64,000 nt of DNA from Capsulimonadaceae bacterium (lineage in GTDB: Bacteria > Armatimonadota > Armatimonadia > Armatimonadales > Capsulimonadaceae): contig OZ244065.1 in assembly GCA_965215505.1 (NCBI GenBank), positions 4,352,001 to 4,416,000 on the forward strand, read 5' to 3'. The notes beneath the pieces are model-generated. The model had not been told where the DNA came from and did not search any database. It was given only the letters and a program-made list of their open reading frames with translations. Positions within the stretch are counted from its first letter, which is position 1; every line of letters begins with the position of its first letter. Below are positions 9,929-19,751 of the stretch, piece by piece. Made by a program: the position numbers and the translations under genes.

Positions 9929-10339
9929 GTGATGACACTGACTGACGCCGGGCCGCTGGTGGCACTTTTGGACAAGAACGACATCCGGCATGTCCCGTGC
10001 CGCGCTTTCCTGCCGCGCCTCTCCCCGCCGATGCGGACGGCATGGCCGTGCTTCACCGAAGCCATGTACCTGCTGGGCAGGACCACCGGCCACCAGGGAC
10101 AGGATCAACTCTGGGAATGGGCGGGGAGCGGATTCCTGGACTTCTATGAGATCACGCCGGAGCAGAGGCTGGAAATGCGTCTCCTGATGACGAAGTACAA
10201 GGACCGGCCGATGGACCTAGCGGATGCCTCCCTGGTCGTGGTGGCGAACGCGCTGGGCATTCGCCGCGTCTTCACGACCGATGGCGACTTCCTCGTGTAC
10301 CGGACCGAGGAGAACAAGCCGTTCGAGGTCGTGCCCTAG
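9929..10339 (+). CDS. vapC: VapC-family PIN domain toxin
   Basis: LTDAGPLVAL, FTEAMYLL, MDLADASLV, FTTDGDF acidic PIN tetrad. Confidence 0.9.
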   Translation: MMTLTDAGPLVALLDKNDIRHVPCRAFLPRLSPPMRTAWPCFTEAMYLLGRTTGHQGQDQLWEWAGSGFLDFYEITPEQRLEMRLLMTKYKDRPMDLADASLVVVANALGIRRVFTTDGDFLVYRTEENKPFEVVP

Positions 10340-11446
10340 ATGCACGAAGACCACTACTACATGCGCCGCGCCCTGCGGCTCGCCGCCCTCGGACGCCACG
10401 CAAGCCCGAACCCGATGGTCGGGTGCGTCCTCGTCAATGACGCGGGCCGGATCGTCGGCGAGGGCTGGCACCCGCAGCCGGGACAGCCGCACGCCGAGGT
10501 CTTCGCCCTGCGCGATGCCGGTGTCCTGGCGCGGGGGGCGACCGCCTTCGTGACCCTGGAACCCTGCGCGCATCATGGGCGGACGCCGCCCTGCGCGGAC
10601 GCTCTGCTTGCGGCGGGCGTCCGGCGCGTGGTCGCCGCCATGACCGACCCGGACCCGCGCGTCGGCGGGCAGGGGCTGGAACGGCTCCGAGCGGGCGGGG
10701 TAGAGGTGTCCGTCGGGGTGGGGGAGGCGGCGGCGCGGGCGCTGAACGCGGCCTACCTCAAGCACCGCACGACCGGCCTGCCCTGGGTCGTGCTGAAAAC
10801 GGCCATGACTTTGGACGGCAAGATCGCGACCGAGACGGGCGACTCGAAGTGGATCACCTCCCCTGTCGCCCGCCGTGCCGTCCACCGACAATTGCGGGAC
10901 CGGTGCGACGCCATCCTGACCGGGGTGGGGACCGTTCTGGCCGACGACCCCGCTCTGACGACCCGGCTGATGCACCGACAGGGCCGTGACCCGTGGCGCA
11001 TCGTCGTGGACAGCCGCCTGCGGACGCCGCTTGACGCGCAGGTGGTCCGGCAGGCGGCGGGCGACGGGAAGACGATCTTCGCGACGACCGCCTTGGCCGA
11101 CCCGGCACGGCGGGACCTGCTGCTCTCCTCGGGCTGCCAGGTCCTCGTCTGTGGCGACGACGCGGGCCGCGTCTCGCTGCCCGACCTGATGCGCCGCCTG
11201 GGAACCCGAGGGGACATCATCGGTGTTCTTGTAGAGAGTGGCGGGGCGCTGGCGGCGGGCTTGCTGTCTGCAAGCCTAGTAGGGCGCTGGCTCTGCTTCA
11301 TCGCCCCCAAAGTGGTGGGCGGACGGGCCGCGCCCGGACCGGTCGGCGACCTGGGCACTGCGCTCATGCGCGACGCCCGCGCCGCCTCGTTCCGGCGGGT
11401 GCGCCGCTGCGGGCCGGACATCGTGATAGACGCCCGCTTTGGGTAG
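10340..11446 (+). CDS. ribD: Bifunctional riboflavin deaminase/reductase
   Basis: PNPMVG, PHAE, LEPCAHHGRTPPC, TLDGKIAT, DDPALT. Confidence 0.97.
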   Translation: MHEDHYYMRRALRLAALGRHASPNPMVGCVLVNDAGRIVGEGWHPQPGQPHAEVFALRDAGVLARGATAFVTLEPCAHHGRTPPCADALLAAGVRRVVAAMTDPDPRVGGQGLERLRAGGVEVSVGVGEAAARALNAAYLKHRTTGLPWVVLKTAMTLDGKIATETGDSKWITSPVARRAVHRQLRDRCDAILTGVGTVLADDPALTTRLMHRQGRDPWRIVVDSRLRTPLDAQVVRQAAGDGKTIFATTALADPARRDLLLSSGCQVLVCGDDAGRVSLPDLMRRLGTRGDIIGVLVESGGALAAGLLSASLVGRWLCFIAPKVVGGRAAPGPVGDLGTALMRDARAASFRRVRRCGPDIVIDARFG

Positions 11447-11489
11447 AATGCCCATACCAGATCATTTCGGGAGGTGAGGAGACCGCGCC

Positions 11490-12167
11490 ATGTTTACAGG
11501 AATCATCCAAGAAGTCGGCCGAGTCGAGGCCATCGAGCGCGGCGAGCAGTCCGCCCGATTCACCATCCGCGCCGGGCATACTTTAGACGGCGTGAAGCTC
11601 GGCGACAGCATCGCCGTCAACGGCGCGTGCCTCACCGTGGTCCAGTCCGAGCTGGGCACCGTCGCTTTTGATGCCATCTATGAGACCTTGCAGAAGACCG
11701 CCCTGGGCGCGCTCGCCATCGGCGATGAGATCAACCTGGAGCCGAGCCTCGCCGCTAATGGCCGCTTCGACGGTCACATCGTCCAGGGCCATGTGGACGG
11801 CGTCGGCACCATCGCCTCCATCCGCGAGGTGGATAACTCCTATTACATCTACATCACCGCCTCCCCGACCCTCCTCCGCTATATCGTCCGCAAGGGCAGC
11901 ATCGCGATAGACGGCATCTCGCTCACCGTCGTGGATGCCGACGACAAGACATTCTCCGTCGCCATCATCCCCCACACCTGGGACCACACCAACCTCCACA
12001 TCCGCCGTGCGGGCGACCAGATCAACCTCGAAACCGACATCGTTGGCAAATACATCGAGAAGCTGGTCGGCGGCGACTACCTCCGCGCCGAGACGACCCC
12101 CCTCCGCATCGCCGACCTGGAGCGCAGCGAGCCGGCCCGTTCCGGCCCGATGACCGCCTACCGGTAG
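11490..12167 (+). CDS. ribE: Riboflavin synthase (alpha chain)
   Basis: MFTGIIQE, GDSIAVNGACLTV, GHIVQGHVD, INLETD. Confidence 0.97.
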   Translation: MFTGIIQEVGRVEAIERGEQSARFTIRAGHTLDGVKLGDSIAVNGACLTVVQSELGTVAFDAIYETLQKTALGALAIGDEINLEPSLAANGRFDGHIVQGHVDGVGTIASIREVDNSYYIYITASPTLLRYIVRKGSIAIDGISLTVVDADDKTFSVAIIPHTWDHTNLHIRRAGDQINLETDIVGKYIEKLVGGDYLRAETTPLRIADLERSEPARSGPMTAYR

Positions 12168-12175
12168 TAGTCAAT

Positions 12176-12436
12176 ATGACGCACCTTTTGCAGATACCTA
12201 CCCCTGCCGCGCAGATGGAGATGACGGAGGCACTCGCCTCAGCGGTCGCGGCAGCGGCTAAACTTTCCGTTGAGGATCAGAACTACATCGCTTGGCGCAT
12301 CATGGAAGAGACCGCTGAAGAACAGAAGTGGACTGACAGCCTCGCCGGCTCCCTCGATGTTCTCGACCAAATGGCAGCGGAAGCTTTACAGGAACATGCT
12401 GAAGGCAAAACACGGCCTTTGGAAGAGCTTTTGTGA
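12176..12436 (+). CDS. Putative antitoxin
   Basis: LSVEDQNYIAWRIMEE and LDQMAAEALQEHAEGKTRPL; GTGA overlap with the downstream RelE-like gene. Confidence 0.7.
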   Translation: MTHLLQIPTPAAQMEMTEALASAVAAAAKLSVEDQNYIAWRIMEETAEEQKWTDSLAGSLDVLDQMAAEALQEHAEGKTRPLEELL

Positions 12437-12703
12437 ACTCCAAAACCAAGGAGAGCTTCCGCAAGCGCTTTGAGACTCTTCCTGACGATGTCCGCATCTT
12501 GGCGCGACAAGCCTACCGGCATGGCGACAAGACCCCTGGCACAGCAGCTTGCAGTTTAAGCAGGTGCATCGGAACAAGCCCTACTACTCCGTTAGGATCG
12601 GGCTGCACTGGCGGGCCATGGGGTGAAGACCGGCAATGAGATCGTGTGGTTCTGGGTCGGCTCCCATGCCGAGTATGACGGGCTGCTCAGGCAACTGAGG
12701 TGA
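12433..12703 (+). pseudogene. RelE/ParE-like toxin with two single-base frameshifts
   Basis: Three frames join as MNSKTKESFRKRFETLPDDVRILARQAYR / WRQDPWHSSLQFKQVHRNKPYYSVRIGLHWRAMG / VKTGNEIVWFWVGSHAEYDGLLRQLR*; shifts at ~12521 and ~12622. Confidence 0.8.
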
Positions 12704-12753
12704 TGTGGGTGCCATTCATGGCGCATCGAACTAGACGTAGAACAGAGGCGCAG

Positions 12754-14007
12754 ATGCCGGACAACCCGTTTAACACAGTCGAAGAGGCCATCGCCGACCT
12801 GCGCGCGGGCAAGATGATCGTCCTCGTGGACGACGAAGACCGCGAGAACGAGGGCGACTTCGTCATGGCCGCCGAACACATCACGGCGGAGGCGATCACG
12901 CTGATGACCCGCCGCGCCTCGGGCATCATCACCGTCCCCATGCCCGAGGAGCGGCTGCTGGCCCTCAACCTGGAGCTGATGGTGCGCGAGAACAGCGAGT
13001 CCATGCGGACCGCCTTCACGATCACCGTGGACGCCAAAGAGGGCACGACGACCGGCAGCAGCGCCGCCGACCGCGCCCTGACCATTCGCCGCCTGGCCGA
13101 CCCGCAGGCGAGGCCCTCCGACTTCAACCGGCCCGGCCACGTCAACCCGCTCATGGCCCGCAACGGCGGCGTCCTGAAACGGGCGGGCCACACCGAGGCC
13201 GCCGTGGATCTCATGCGGATGGCCGGGCTTCAGCCGGTGGGCGTCATCTGCGAGATCATGGGCGACGGCGGCGACATGGCCCGTGTCCCTGAGCTTGCCG
13301 AACTGGCGCGTCAGTTCGACCTGAAGTTCATCACCATCGCCGAGCTGATCAAGTACCGGCGGCGGCGCGAGAAGCTGATCCATAAGGTCGCCTCCGCCAA
13401 GTTGCCGACCCGCTACGGCGAGTTCATCGCCCACGCCTACGAGAGCGACGTGGACCCCGCGCCCTATACGGCTTTCACTATGGGCGACATCGCCGACGGC
13501 AAAGACGTTCTAGTGCGGATTCACTCCTCCTGCGTCACCGGGGACCTGCTAGGCTCGCTCAAGTGCGACTGCGGCGATCAGCTCCACCTCGCTTTGGAGA
13601 AGATCGCCGAGGCCGGGCGCGGCGTCCTGCTCTACATCGAGCAGGAGGGGCGCGGCATCGGCATCACCAACAAGATCAAGGCTTACGCCTTGCAGGACGC
13701 GGGCGCGGACACGGTCGAGGCGAACGTCGCCCTCGGCTTTAAGCCGGACCTGCGTGACTACGGCATCGGCGCGCAGGTGCTTGTGGACCTCGGGGTCAAG
13801 CGGCTGCTCTACATGACCAACAACCCGGCCAAGCTTGCCGGTCTGGAGGGCTACGGCCTGGAGATCGTGGACCGCATCCCGCTCCACTCGCCCCCGAACG
13901 CCTCCAACCGCCGCTACATGGAAACCAAGCGGACGAAGATGGGCCACCTGCTCGCCGAGGACCTGCCCGCCCCGCTGGACGAGCAGGACGGCCCGGAGGC
14001 GGCTTAG
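12754..14007 (+). CDS. ribBA: Bifunctional DHBP synthase / GTP cyclohydrolase II
   Basis: DDEDRENEGD, RAGHTEA, RIHSSCVTGD, CDCGDQL, EGRGIG, TNNP; start set at ATG 12754. Confidence 0.97.
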   Translation: MPDNPFNTVEEAIADLRAGKMIVLVDDEDRENEGDFVMAAEHITAEAITLMTRRASGIITVPMPEERLLALNLELMVRENSESMRTAFTITVDAKEGTTTGSSAADRALTIRRLADPQARPSDFNRPGHVNPLMARNGGVLKRAGHTEAAVDLMRMAGLQPVGVICEIMGDGGDMARVPELAELARQFDLKFITIAELIKYRRRREKLIHKVASAKLPTRYGEFIAHAYESDVDPAPYTAFTMGDIADGKDVLVRIHSSCVTGDLLGSLKCDCGDQLHLALEKIAEAGRGVLLYIEQEGRGIGITNKIKAYALQDAGADTVEANVALGFKPDLRDYGIGAQVLVDLGVKRLLYMTNNPAKLAGLEGYGLEIVDRIPLHSPPNASNRRYMETKRTKMGHLLAEDLPAPLDEQDGPEAA

Positions 14008-14011
14008 AGGA

Positions 14012-14148
14012 AGGGCCGACACACAGGTCGGCCCCTACGGGCATACGGCCACTGCGTAGGGGCGTACCTGCGTGTGCGCCCTTCTGGCTCCGTGTGCGCC
14101 CTGTGATCTGCCTGCTCCGTTCCCCTCCGACTCCCCCAGAATTGGGGG
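14012..14148. repeat. REP cluster: inverted GTAG-REP doublet (14012-14038 minus, 14056-14082 plus), a partial third unit and a CCCCCA-GAAT-TGGGGG palindrome
   Basis: GTAG-GGGCCGAC-CTGTGT-GTCGGCCC and GTAG-GGGCGTAC-CTGCGT-GTGCGCCC; palindrome at 14133-14148. Confidence 0.75.
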
Positions 14149-14196
14149 CCGCGGGGCGATTTCTTGTGAACATTTTGGGGAGAATTGTCGTATAAC

Positions 14197-14664
14197 ATGG
14201 TGACACACGAGGGAATGATGACCGCTTCCGGCCTGCGCTTCGCCGTCGTCCTGAGCCGGTTCAACTCGCTGATCGGGGACCGGCTTTTGGAGGGCGCGCT
14301 GGACACGCTCAGGCGGCACGGGGCCTCGGACGACGACATCACGCTGGCCCGCGTGCCCGGCGCGTTCGAGATACCCCTGGCCGCCTCTGAGCTGGCGAAG
14401 GCCGGAACTTTTGACGCCGTGATCTGTTTAGGTGCTGTGATTCGGGGCGCGACCGCGCACTTCGATTACGTCGCCGGCCCGCTGGCGTCCGGGCTGGCGA
14501 GTATCGCCGTCCAGACCGGCGTGCCGGTTCTGTTCGGCGTCCTGACGACCGACACCATCGAGCAGGCCCTGGAACGGGCCGGGACCAAGGCCGGCAACAA
14601 GGGCGCGGACGTTGCCGCCGCCGCCATCGAGATGGCGAACTTACTGCGTGAAATCCGCGTATAA
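14197..14664 (+). CDS. ribH: Lumazine synthase
   Basis: [36 protein letters not shown]. Confidence 0.97.
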   Translation: MVTHEGMMTASGLRFAVVLSRFNSLIGDRLLEGALDTLRRHGASDDDITLARVPGAFEIPLAASELAKAGTFDAVICLGAVIRGATAHFDYVAGPLASGLASIAVQTGVPVLFGVLTTDTIEQALERAGTKAGNKGADVAAAAIEMANLLREIRV

Positions 14665-14722
14665 GAACGTGTCACCGAGACACATTCCGAGAAATAGAAT
14701 TCTGATGAGGTTTGTAGAACAA

Positions 14723-15979
14723 ATGAAGAAAGCAAGCTCCTACGCCGTCGCCTTCACGGTCGGTGCGGCGGCCTGTGCCGTCGGCCTCAAGACCTTCGGC
14801 GACCCCGTCTCTTACCTGGGCGGCAGCGCCTCCAAGCAGGCCGTCCTCGCCTCCCTGACCACCACGCCCCCTATGCACCGGGCCGTCGGCGACTCGGTCG
14901 TGGCCGATGCCGCCGCCAAGGTGGATGCCGCCGTCGTCACCGTCCATACCGAGGGCAAGCCCGTCGGTCAGGCCGGCGCGTTTGGGAACGACCCCATCAT
15001 GCGCCGCTTCGGCTTCGGCGGGGGCGGCCCCGTCACCCCGAAGGGGGCCGGGTCGGGCATCATCATCAGCCCTGACGGCTACATCATCACCAATGACCAC
15101 GTCGTCAAGGACACGGCCAAGCTGACCGTCAACGTCGGCAACACCGCCAAGGCTTACACCGCCCGTGTGATCGGCACCGACCCCATCACCGACATCGCCG
15201 TCGTCAAGATCGACACGGCGGGCGTCAAGCTCCCGGTCGCCCAACTCGGCAACTCCGACGACGTCCGCATCGGCGATTGGGCCATTGCCGTCGGCAACCC
15301 GCTCGATGTCGGGACGACCGTCACCCTGGGCATCATCAGCGCCCTCAACCGCTCCGGCCAGAGCGCCGAGGGGCAGGCGATCCTGCCCGCCATCCAGACC
15401 GATGCCGCCATCAACCCCGGCAACTCCGGCGGTGCGCTCGCCAACATCAACGGCCAGGTGATCGGCATCAACGAGGCCATCCTGTCGCCGAGCGGGACGA
15501 ACTCCGGCATCGGCTTCGCCATCCCGATCAACCGGGCCAAGCAAATCGCCGCCCAACTCATCAAGAACGGCAAGGTCGCCCACCCGTACCTCGGCGTCTC
15601 CTACGCGGCGGTCGCTTCTGTTTCCGCCGATGACCGCGCGCAGACGGGCATCCCCGCCACGCTCGACCAGGGAGTCGTGATCGGCAACGTGTATCCCGGT
15701 TCCCCGGCCGCCCAGGCTGGCCTGCACCGATACGATGTCATCACGCAGGCGAACGGCCAGGCCATCACCGACCAGGACTCGCTGAACAACATCATCCAGA
15801 TGCAGGGCGTCGCAAGCACCCTGACCCTCCGCATCCTGCGCGACGGCCAGCCGCGCACCGTCGCCGTCGCCCTGCGCGAGCGGCCCGCCACCTTCGGCCT
15901 GGAGCAGCAGCAGCAGGACCCGAACCAGCAGGACCAGCAGCAGTCGCCGTTCGGCCAGATGCCCTTCGGCCAGCCGTAA
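14723..15979 (+). CDS. htrA: HtrA/DegP-family serine protease with one PDZ domain
   Basis: ITNDHV, DIAVVK, QTDAAINPGNSGG; N-terminal anchor; Gln-rich tail. Confidence 0.92.
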   Translation: MKKASSYAVAFTVGAAACAVGLKTFGDPVSYLGGSASKQAVLASLTTTPPMHRAVGDSVVADAAAKVDAAVVTVHTEGKPVGQAGAFGNDPIMRRFGFGGGGPVTPKGAGSGIIISPDGYIITNDHVVKDTAKLTVNVGNTAKAYTARVIGTDPITDIAVVKIDTAGVKLPVAQLGNSDDVRIGDWAIAVGNPLDVGTTVTLGIISALNRSGQSAEGQAILPAIQTDAAINPGNSGGALANINGQVIGINEAILSPSGTNSGIGFAIPINRAKQIAAQLIKNGKVAHPYLGVSYAAVASVSADDRAQTGIPATLDQGVVIGNVYPGSPAAQAGLHRYDVITQANGQAITDQDSLNNIIQMQGVASTLTLRILRDGQPRTVAVALRERPATFGLEQQQQDPNQQDQQQSPFGQMPFGQP

Positions 15980-16004
15980 GCGTTCTGAGCGAGTCGGCTA
16001 CGCG

Positions 16005-16038
16005 GAAGGGCCTCCCATTAGGGAGGCCCTTCTTTTTT
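16005..16038 (+). terminator. Rho-independent terminator
   Basis: GAAGGGCCTCCC-ATTA-GGGAGGCCCTTC-TTTTTT. Confidence 0.9.
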
Positions 16039-16076
16039 GTGCGCCCGCTTTTTTGTGCGCCGGGTACAATGGAGCC

Positions 16077-17867
16077 ATGACCGAAGCTCAAACAGGGGCG
16101 ACGAACGACCCGGCAGCCCTGATTCACCACCTCTCTCGCCGCGCCATCGAGGCCGACGAGGCGCAGGCGCTGCTCGACGAGATGAACCTGGCCGCCATGG
16201 AGGCCGTCGGTGCGGACCGTGCCTTCATCGCCCTGGCCCACGACGCGACCGGCGAACTGGCCCTGGTCGCGACGGCCGGCTCCGGCTGGACCGACGACTT
16301 CCGCGCCATGCGCCTGCGGATTGACGAGACGGGCCGCAGCGGACGTCCACCCGGCGGGCGGGCGGGGGAGACGCGCAGCGGCATCACCTCCCACGTCGCC
16401 GCCACCGGCCGTCCGTACATCACCGGCGACGTGGACGCCGACCCGTACTACTACGCCTTCTTCGATGACGTGTGCAGCGAGATCGCCGTGCCCCTGCTGG
16501 ACGGCAACGGGCACACGCGGGGCGTCATCAACATCGAGAGCTTCCGGCCCGACCACTTCACCGACGCCCACCTGCGCCTGGTCCAGTCCCTCGCCGACAT
16601 CGCCGTCCTGCGCCTCCTGATGGACGGCTCGCGCGCCCGCGAGGCCGCCCTGGTGGAGATCGGCAAGGACCTGTCCGCCATCGGCGACACCGAGCAGCTC
16701 ATGCGCCGCGTCGTGGACGTCGCCTCGGCCCAGCTCCGCTTTGAAGACTGCTCGCTCTTCGTGCTGGACAAGGACAAGCAGCTCCTCGTCTTGCAGGCCG
16801 CGCGCGGCGGCCTGGCCGGACGCATCGGCACGGCGACCTACCCCGTCGGCGAGGGCCTGACCGGCTGGGTGGCCGAACACGGCGAGCCGATCCGCGTCGG
16901 CAACCCGCGCGACGACCCGCGCTGGAAGGGTCGCTTCGAGGAGTTCCCCATCTCCGACGTCGGCGCGTTCCTCGCCGTCCCCGTCTTCGGGCGCAGCGGC
17001 GTCCTGGGCGTCCTGCGCGTCCTGCGCCGCAAGAGCGTCGCGCCCTGGTTCCGCCGCGAGTTCACCGAGGACGACGAGAGCGTCCTGCTGACCATCGCCT
17101 CCCAGCTCGGCACCGCCATCGAGAACGGGCGCATATTAGACCGCCTGGTCAACACGGAGCGTATGGCCGCCTGGGGCGAGCTGTCCGCCAAGGCCGCGCA
17201 CATGATCGGCAACCGGACCTTCGCCATCAAGGGCGACCTCAACGAGCTGGAATACCGCCTGTCCGATCCCGAGGACCGGCGGCCCGAGTACCGCAAGCTG
17301 GCCGAGGGCATCCGGCACGGCATCTTCCGCCTCGAAGAGATCTTGCAGGAGTTCCGCGACTTCGTCCGCGCCACCCAGATCGCCCTGGCCGAGTACCAGC
17401 TCAACGACCTCATCCGGCAGTGCGTTGACGAGAGTTTCCCCAAGCGCGGCCCGATCACGCTGACCCTGGAGCTTGCCCCGGACCTGCCCCCGATCCTCGC
17501 CGACGCCTCCCGCCTGAAGCGCGCCTTCTCCGAGCTGATCGAGAACTCCCTCTCCTTCCAGCCCGACGGCGGCACCCTCCTCATCCGCACCCGCCGCGCC
17601 GACCCCGTCCAGGCCCACGCCCTGGCCGCGCTCCCGCGCGGCCGCGTCTACCTCCAGGTCGAGTTCCAGGACACCGGCCCCGGCGTCCCCGCCGACCTCA
17701 AGCCGCGCATCTTCACCCCCTTCTTCACTTCCCGCGCACGGGGCCTGGGCCTGGGCCTGAGCATCGTCAAGGGGATACTGGAGGCCCATCGTGGTAACAT
17801 CGTCGAGGTCGGCGCGTTCGGAAAAGGTGCCCACTTCATCGCCTTCCTGCCAGCCAAAGGGGATTAG
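16077..17867 (+). CDS. Cytoplasmic double-GAF histidine kinase (no adjacent response regulator)
   Basis: Two GAF domains (SEIAVPL, FLAVPV); AAHMIGN H-box; ELIENS, DTGPG, FTPFFT, GLGLGL. Confidence 0.88.
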   Translation: MTEAQTGATNDPAALIHHLSRRAIEADEAQALLDEMNLAAMEAVGADRAFIALAHDATGELALVATAGSGWTDDFRAMRLRIDETGRSGRPPGGRAGETRSGITSHVAATGRPYITGDVDADPYYYAFFDDVCSEIAVPLLDGNGHTRGVINIESFRPDHFTDAHLRLVQSLADIAVLRLLMDGSRAREAALVEIGKDLSAIGDTEQLMRRVVDVASAQLRFEDCSLFVLDKDKQLLVLQAARGGLAGRIGTATYPVGEGLTGWVAEHGEPIRVGNPRDDPRWKGRFEEFPISDVGAFLAVPVFGRSGVLGVLRVLRRKSVAPWFRREFTEDDESVLLTIASQLGTAIENGRILDRLVNTERMAAWGELSAKAAHMIGNRTFAIKGDLNELEYRLSDPEDRRPEYRKLAEGIRHGIFRLEEILQEFRDFVRATQIALAEYQLNDLIRQCVDESFPKRGPITLTLELAPDLPPILADASRLKRAFSELIENSLSFQPDGGTLLIRTRRADPVQAHALAALPRGRVYLQVEFQDTGPGVPADLKPRIFTPFFTSRARGLGLGLSIVKGILEAHRGNIVEVGAFGKGAHFIAFLPAKGD

Positions 17868-17968
17868 TAGGGTACACGCACTAGATTCAAGGCCATGCGA
17901 CCATGTGGGCTAGGAAGCCGACTGCTGGGACCCGCTATGATAAGCAAATGGCACCAGTCACAGCGTCC

Positions 17969-18430
17969 TCACCGGCCCCGCTCGGCCTCATCCCCAGCCG
18001 TCGCCGGATCAAGGTTCTGCATGACCCGGCGCAGCAGTCGACTCAGGGTTGCGACCTCTTCGGCTGTGAACCCTTGCAGCGCGACCGCGTTCCCCTCCAG
18101 CAAGACCGCCCGCGCGTCGGGGAGCTTCTCTAGGGCGGAAGGCGTCAGGGAGATCAGGCTGCTGCGTTTGTCGTGCGGGTTGGGGGTGCGCCGGATCAGC
18201 CCGTCCCGTTCCATCCGGGCCAGCAGGTGCGTCATGGTCGGCTGCTCGACCTGGGCCAGTTCGGCTAGCTCCTTCTGAGTCAGCGAGGAGCCGTCTTTTA
18301 GCGCGACCAGCACTGGCATCTGGGCGATGGCGAGGCCCAGCGCGTGGAAGCGTTCCTCCCCCCAGCGGGTCATCAGGCGGGCCGACCGGGCGATGAAGTA
18401 ACCCGGTGGCCGATGTGTCTCTGAGTCCAA
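17969..18430 (-). CDS. MarR-family regulator
   Basis: LTQKELAELAQVEQPTMTHLLARMERDGLI and DKRS wing; divergent from the monooxygenase. Confidence 0.92.
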   Translation of the reverse strand: MDSETHRPPGYFIARSARLMTRWGEERFHALGLAIAQMPVLVALKDGSSLTQKELAELAQVEQPTMTHLLARMERDGLIRRTPNPHDKRSSLISLTPSALEKLPDARAVLLEGNAVALQGFTAEEVATLSRLLRRVMQNLDPATAGDEAERGR

Positions 18431-18528
18431 GCAAGTCTCCTGAGCGGGGATGTGGCCGCAACGCCTGGAAGCTGAGGCGCGGAATTATTTTAGCACAACA
18501 CCTAATGATTCTACTCCAAAACGATAGT

Positions 18529-18543
18529 TAGTATGGTATGCTA
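18529..18543. promoter_or_regulatory. Putative MarR operator overlapping the -10 of the monooxygenase
   Basis: Imperfect inverted repeat TAGTAT-GGT-ATGCTA; TATGCT lies 6 nt before ATG 18549. Confidence 0.45.
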
Positions 18544-18548
18544 TTTAC

Positions 18549-19751
18549 ATGGTCATCCACGCAACAGACGCGCACAGGAACAAGCCGAGCATCGCCATCG
18601 TCGGGGCCGGTCCCGGCGGTTTGACGCTCGCCTGCATCCTGCACCTCCACGGCCTCCAAGCGACGGTCTTTGAAGGCGAGGCGTTTTCCTCGGCCCGGCC
18701 CCAGGGCTGGTCGCTCGACATGCACCCGGAGGCCGGACAGTATGCCATCGAGTGCGCCGGCCTGACCGCCGAGTTCAAGCGCATCGCGCGCTATGAAGAT
18801 CAGGAGATGCGGGTCTACGACAAGCACGGCACGTTGCGGCTCGCCGACACGGACGTTTCGGAGAAAGACCGCCCCGAGGTGGACCGCGAACAGCTCCGGC
18901 AGATGCTTCTGGACTCGCTCCCGCCAAGCGTCATCCTGTGGGACCATAAACTCAGCGAAGTCCGGCCCCAGGACGATGGGGCCTTTGAACTTGTCTTCCA
19001 GAACGGGACGCGCGGGCGGTTCGACCTGGTCGTCGGGGCGGACGGTGCGTGGTCGCGCGTGCGGCCTCTCGTCTCGGACGCGCGGCCCATTTACAGCGGC
19101 GTCACCATGGTCGCCCTCGGCATTGACGACGCCGACGCGCGCCACCCCCACCTCGCGCGCCTCGTCGGGCATGGCATGATGTTTGCCCTCGGGGACGGCA
19201 GAGCCTTGACCGGCCACCGGAACGCGAACGCACACATCGGCATCTACGCGGGACTGCGCGTACCGGAAGACTGGGCCAAGACCGGCGGCCTTGATATGTC
19301 GTCAAGTAGCGCGATGCGGGCCGGCCTGGCGGCCCACTTTGGTGGCTGGTCTGGCGACCTGCTGCGCTTCATCCATGACTGCGATGACGACATCACGCCC
19401 CGGCCCATCTATGCCCTGCCGATCGGCCACCGCTGGGAACACCGGCCCGGCGTCACACTGCTGGGCGATGCGGCCCATCTGATGTCCCCGTTCTCCGGCG
19501 AGGGCGCAAACCTCGCCCTGCGGGACGCGGCCGACCTCGCCTGCGCCCTGACGGGGGAGGGGGACTGGCGGGCGGCAATCCGGGGCTACGAGACCGTGAT
19601 GTTTGCCCGCGCGGAGGAGGCCGCGGTGGGGGCGGCGGAGGGGATCAATGAAGTCTTCTCCGAAGACGGCCTGACCCACGTTCTCGGCTTCATGGAGCAT
19701 ATGGCCGGGCATCACGGTGACGGAGGGGGCCATGACCTTGAAAATATGTGA
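18549..19751 (+). CDS. FAD-dependent monooxygenase (class A, TetX-like family)
   Basis: GAGPGG, SLDMH, RPEVDREQLR, VGADGAWS, LLGDAAHLMSPFSGEGAN. Confidence 0.88.
   Translation: MVIHATDAHRNKPSIAIVGAGPGGLTLACILHLHGLQATVFEGEAFSSARPQGWSLDMHPEAGQYAIECAGLTAEFKRIARYEDQEMRVYDKHGTLRLADTDVSEKDRPEVDREQLRQMLLDSLPPSVILWDHKLSEVRPQDDGAFELVFQNGTRGRFDLVVGADGAWSRVRPLVSDARPIYSGVTMVALGIDDADARHPHLARLVGHGMMFALGDGRALTGHRNANAHIGIYAGLRVPEDWAKTGGLDMSSSSAMRAGLAAHFGGWSGDLLRFIHDCDDDITPRPIYALPIGHRWEHRPGVTLLGDAAHLMSPFSGEGANLALRDAADLACALTGEGDWRAAIRGYETVMFARAEEAAVGAAEGINEVFSEDGLTHVLGFMEHMAGHHGDGGGHDLENM

Noticed and set aside
9522-10340. FMN riboswitch upstream of the rib genes
   Set aside because: No RFN consensus (AGGGCGGGGTG.AA.TCCC.ACCG) seen, and there is no leader before ribD
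18549-19751. Calling this gene tetX
   Set aside because: Family motifs only; identity and substrate cannot be judged without a search
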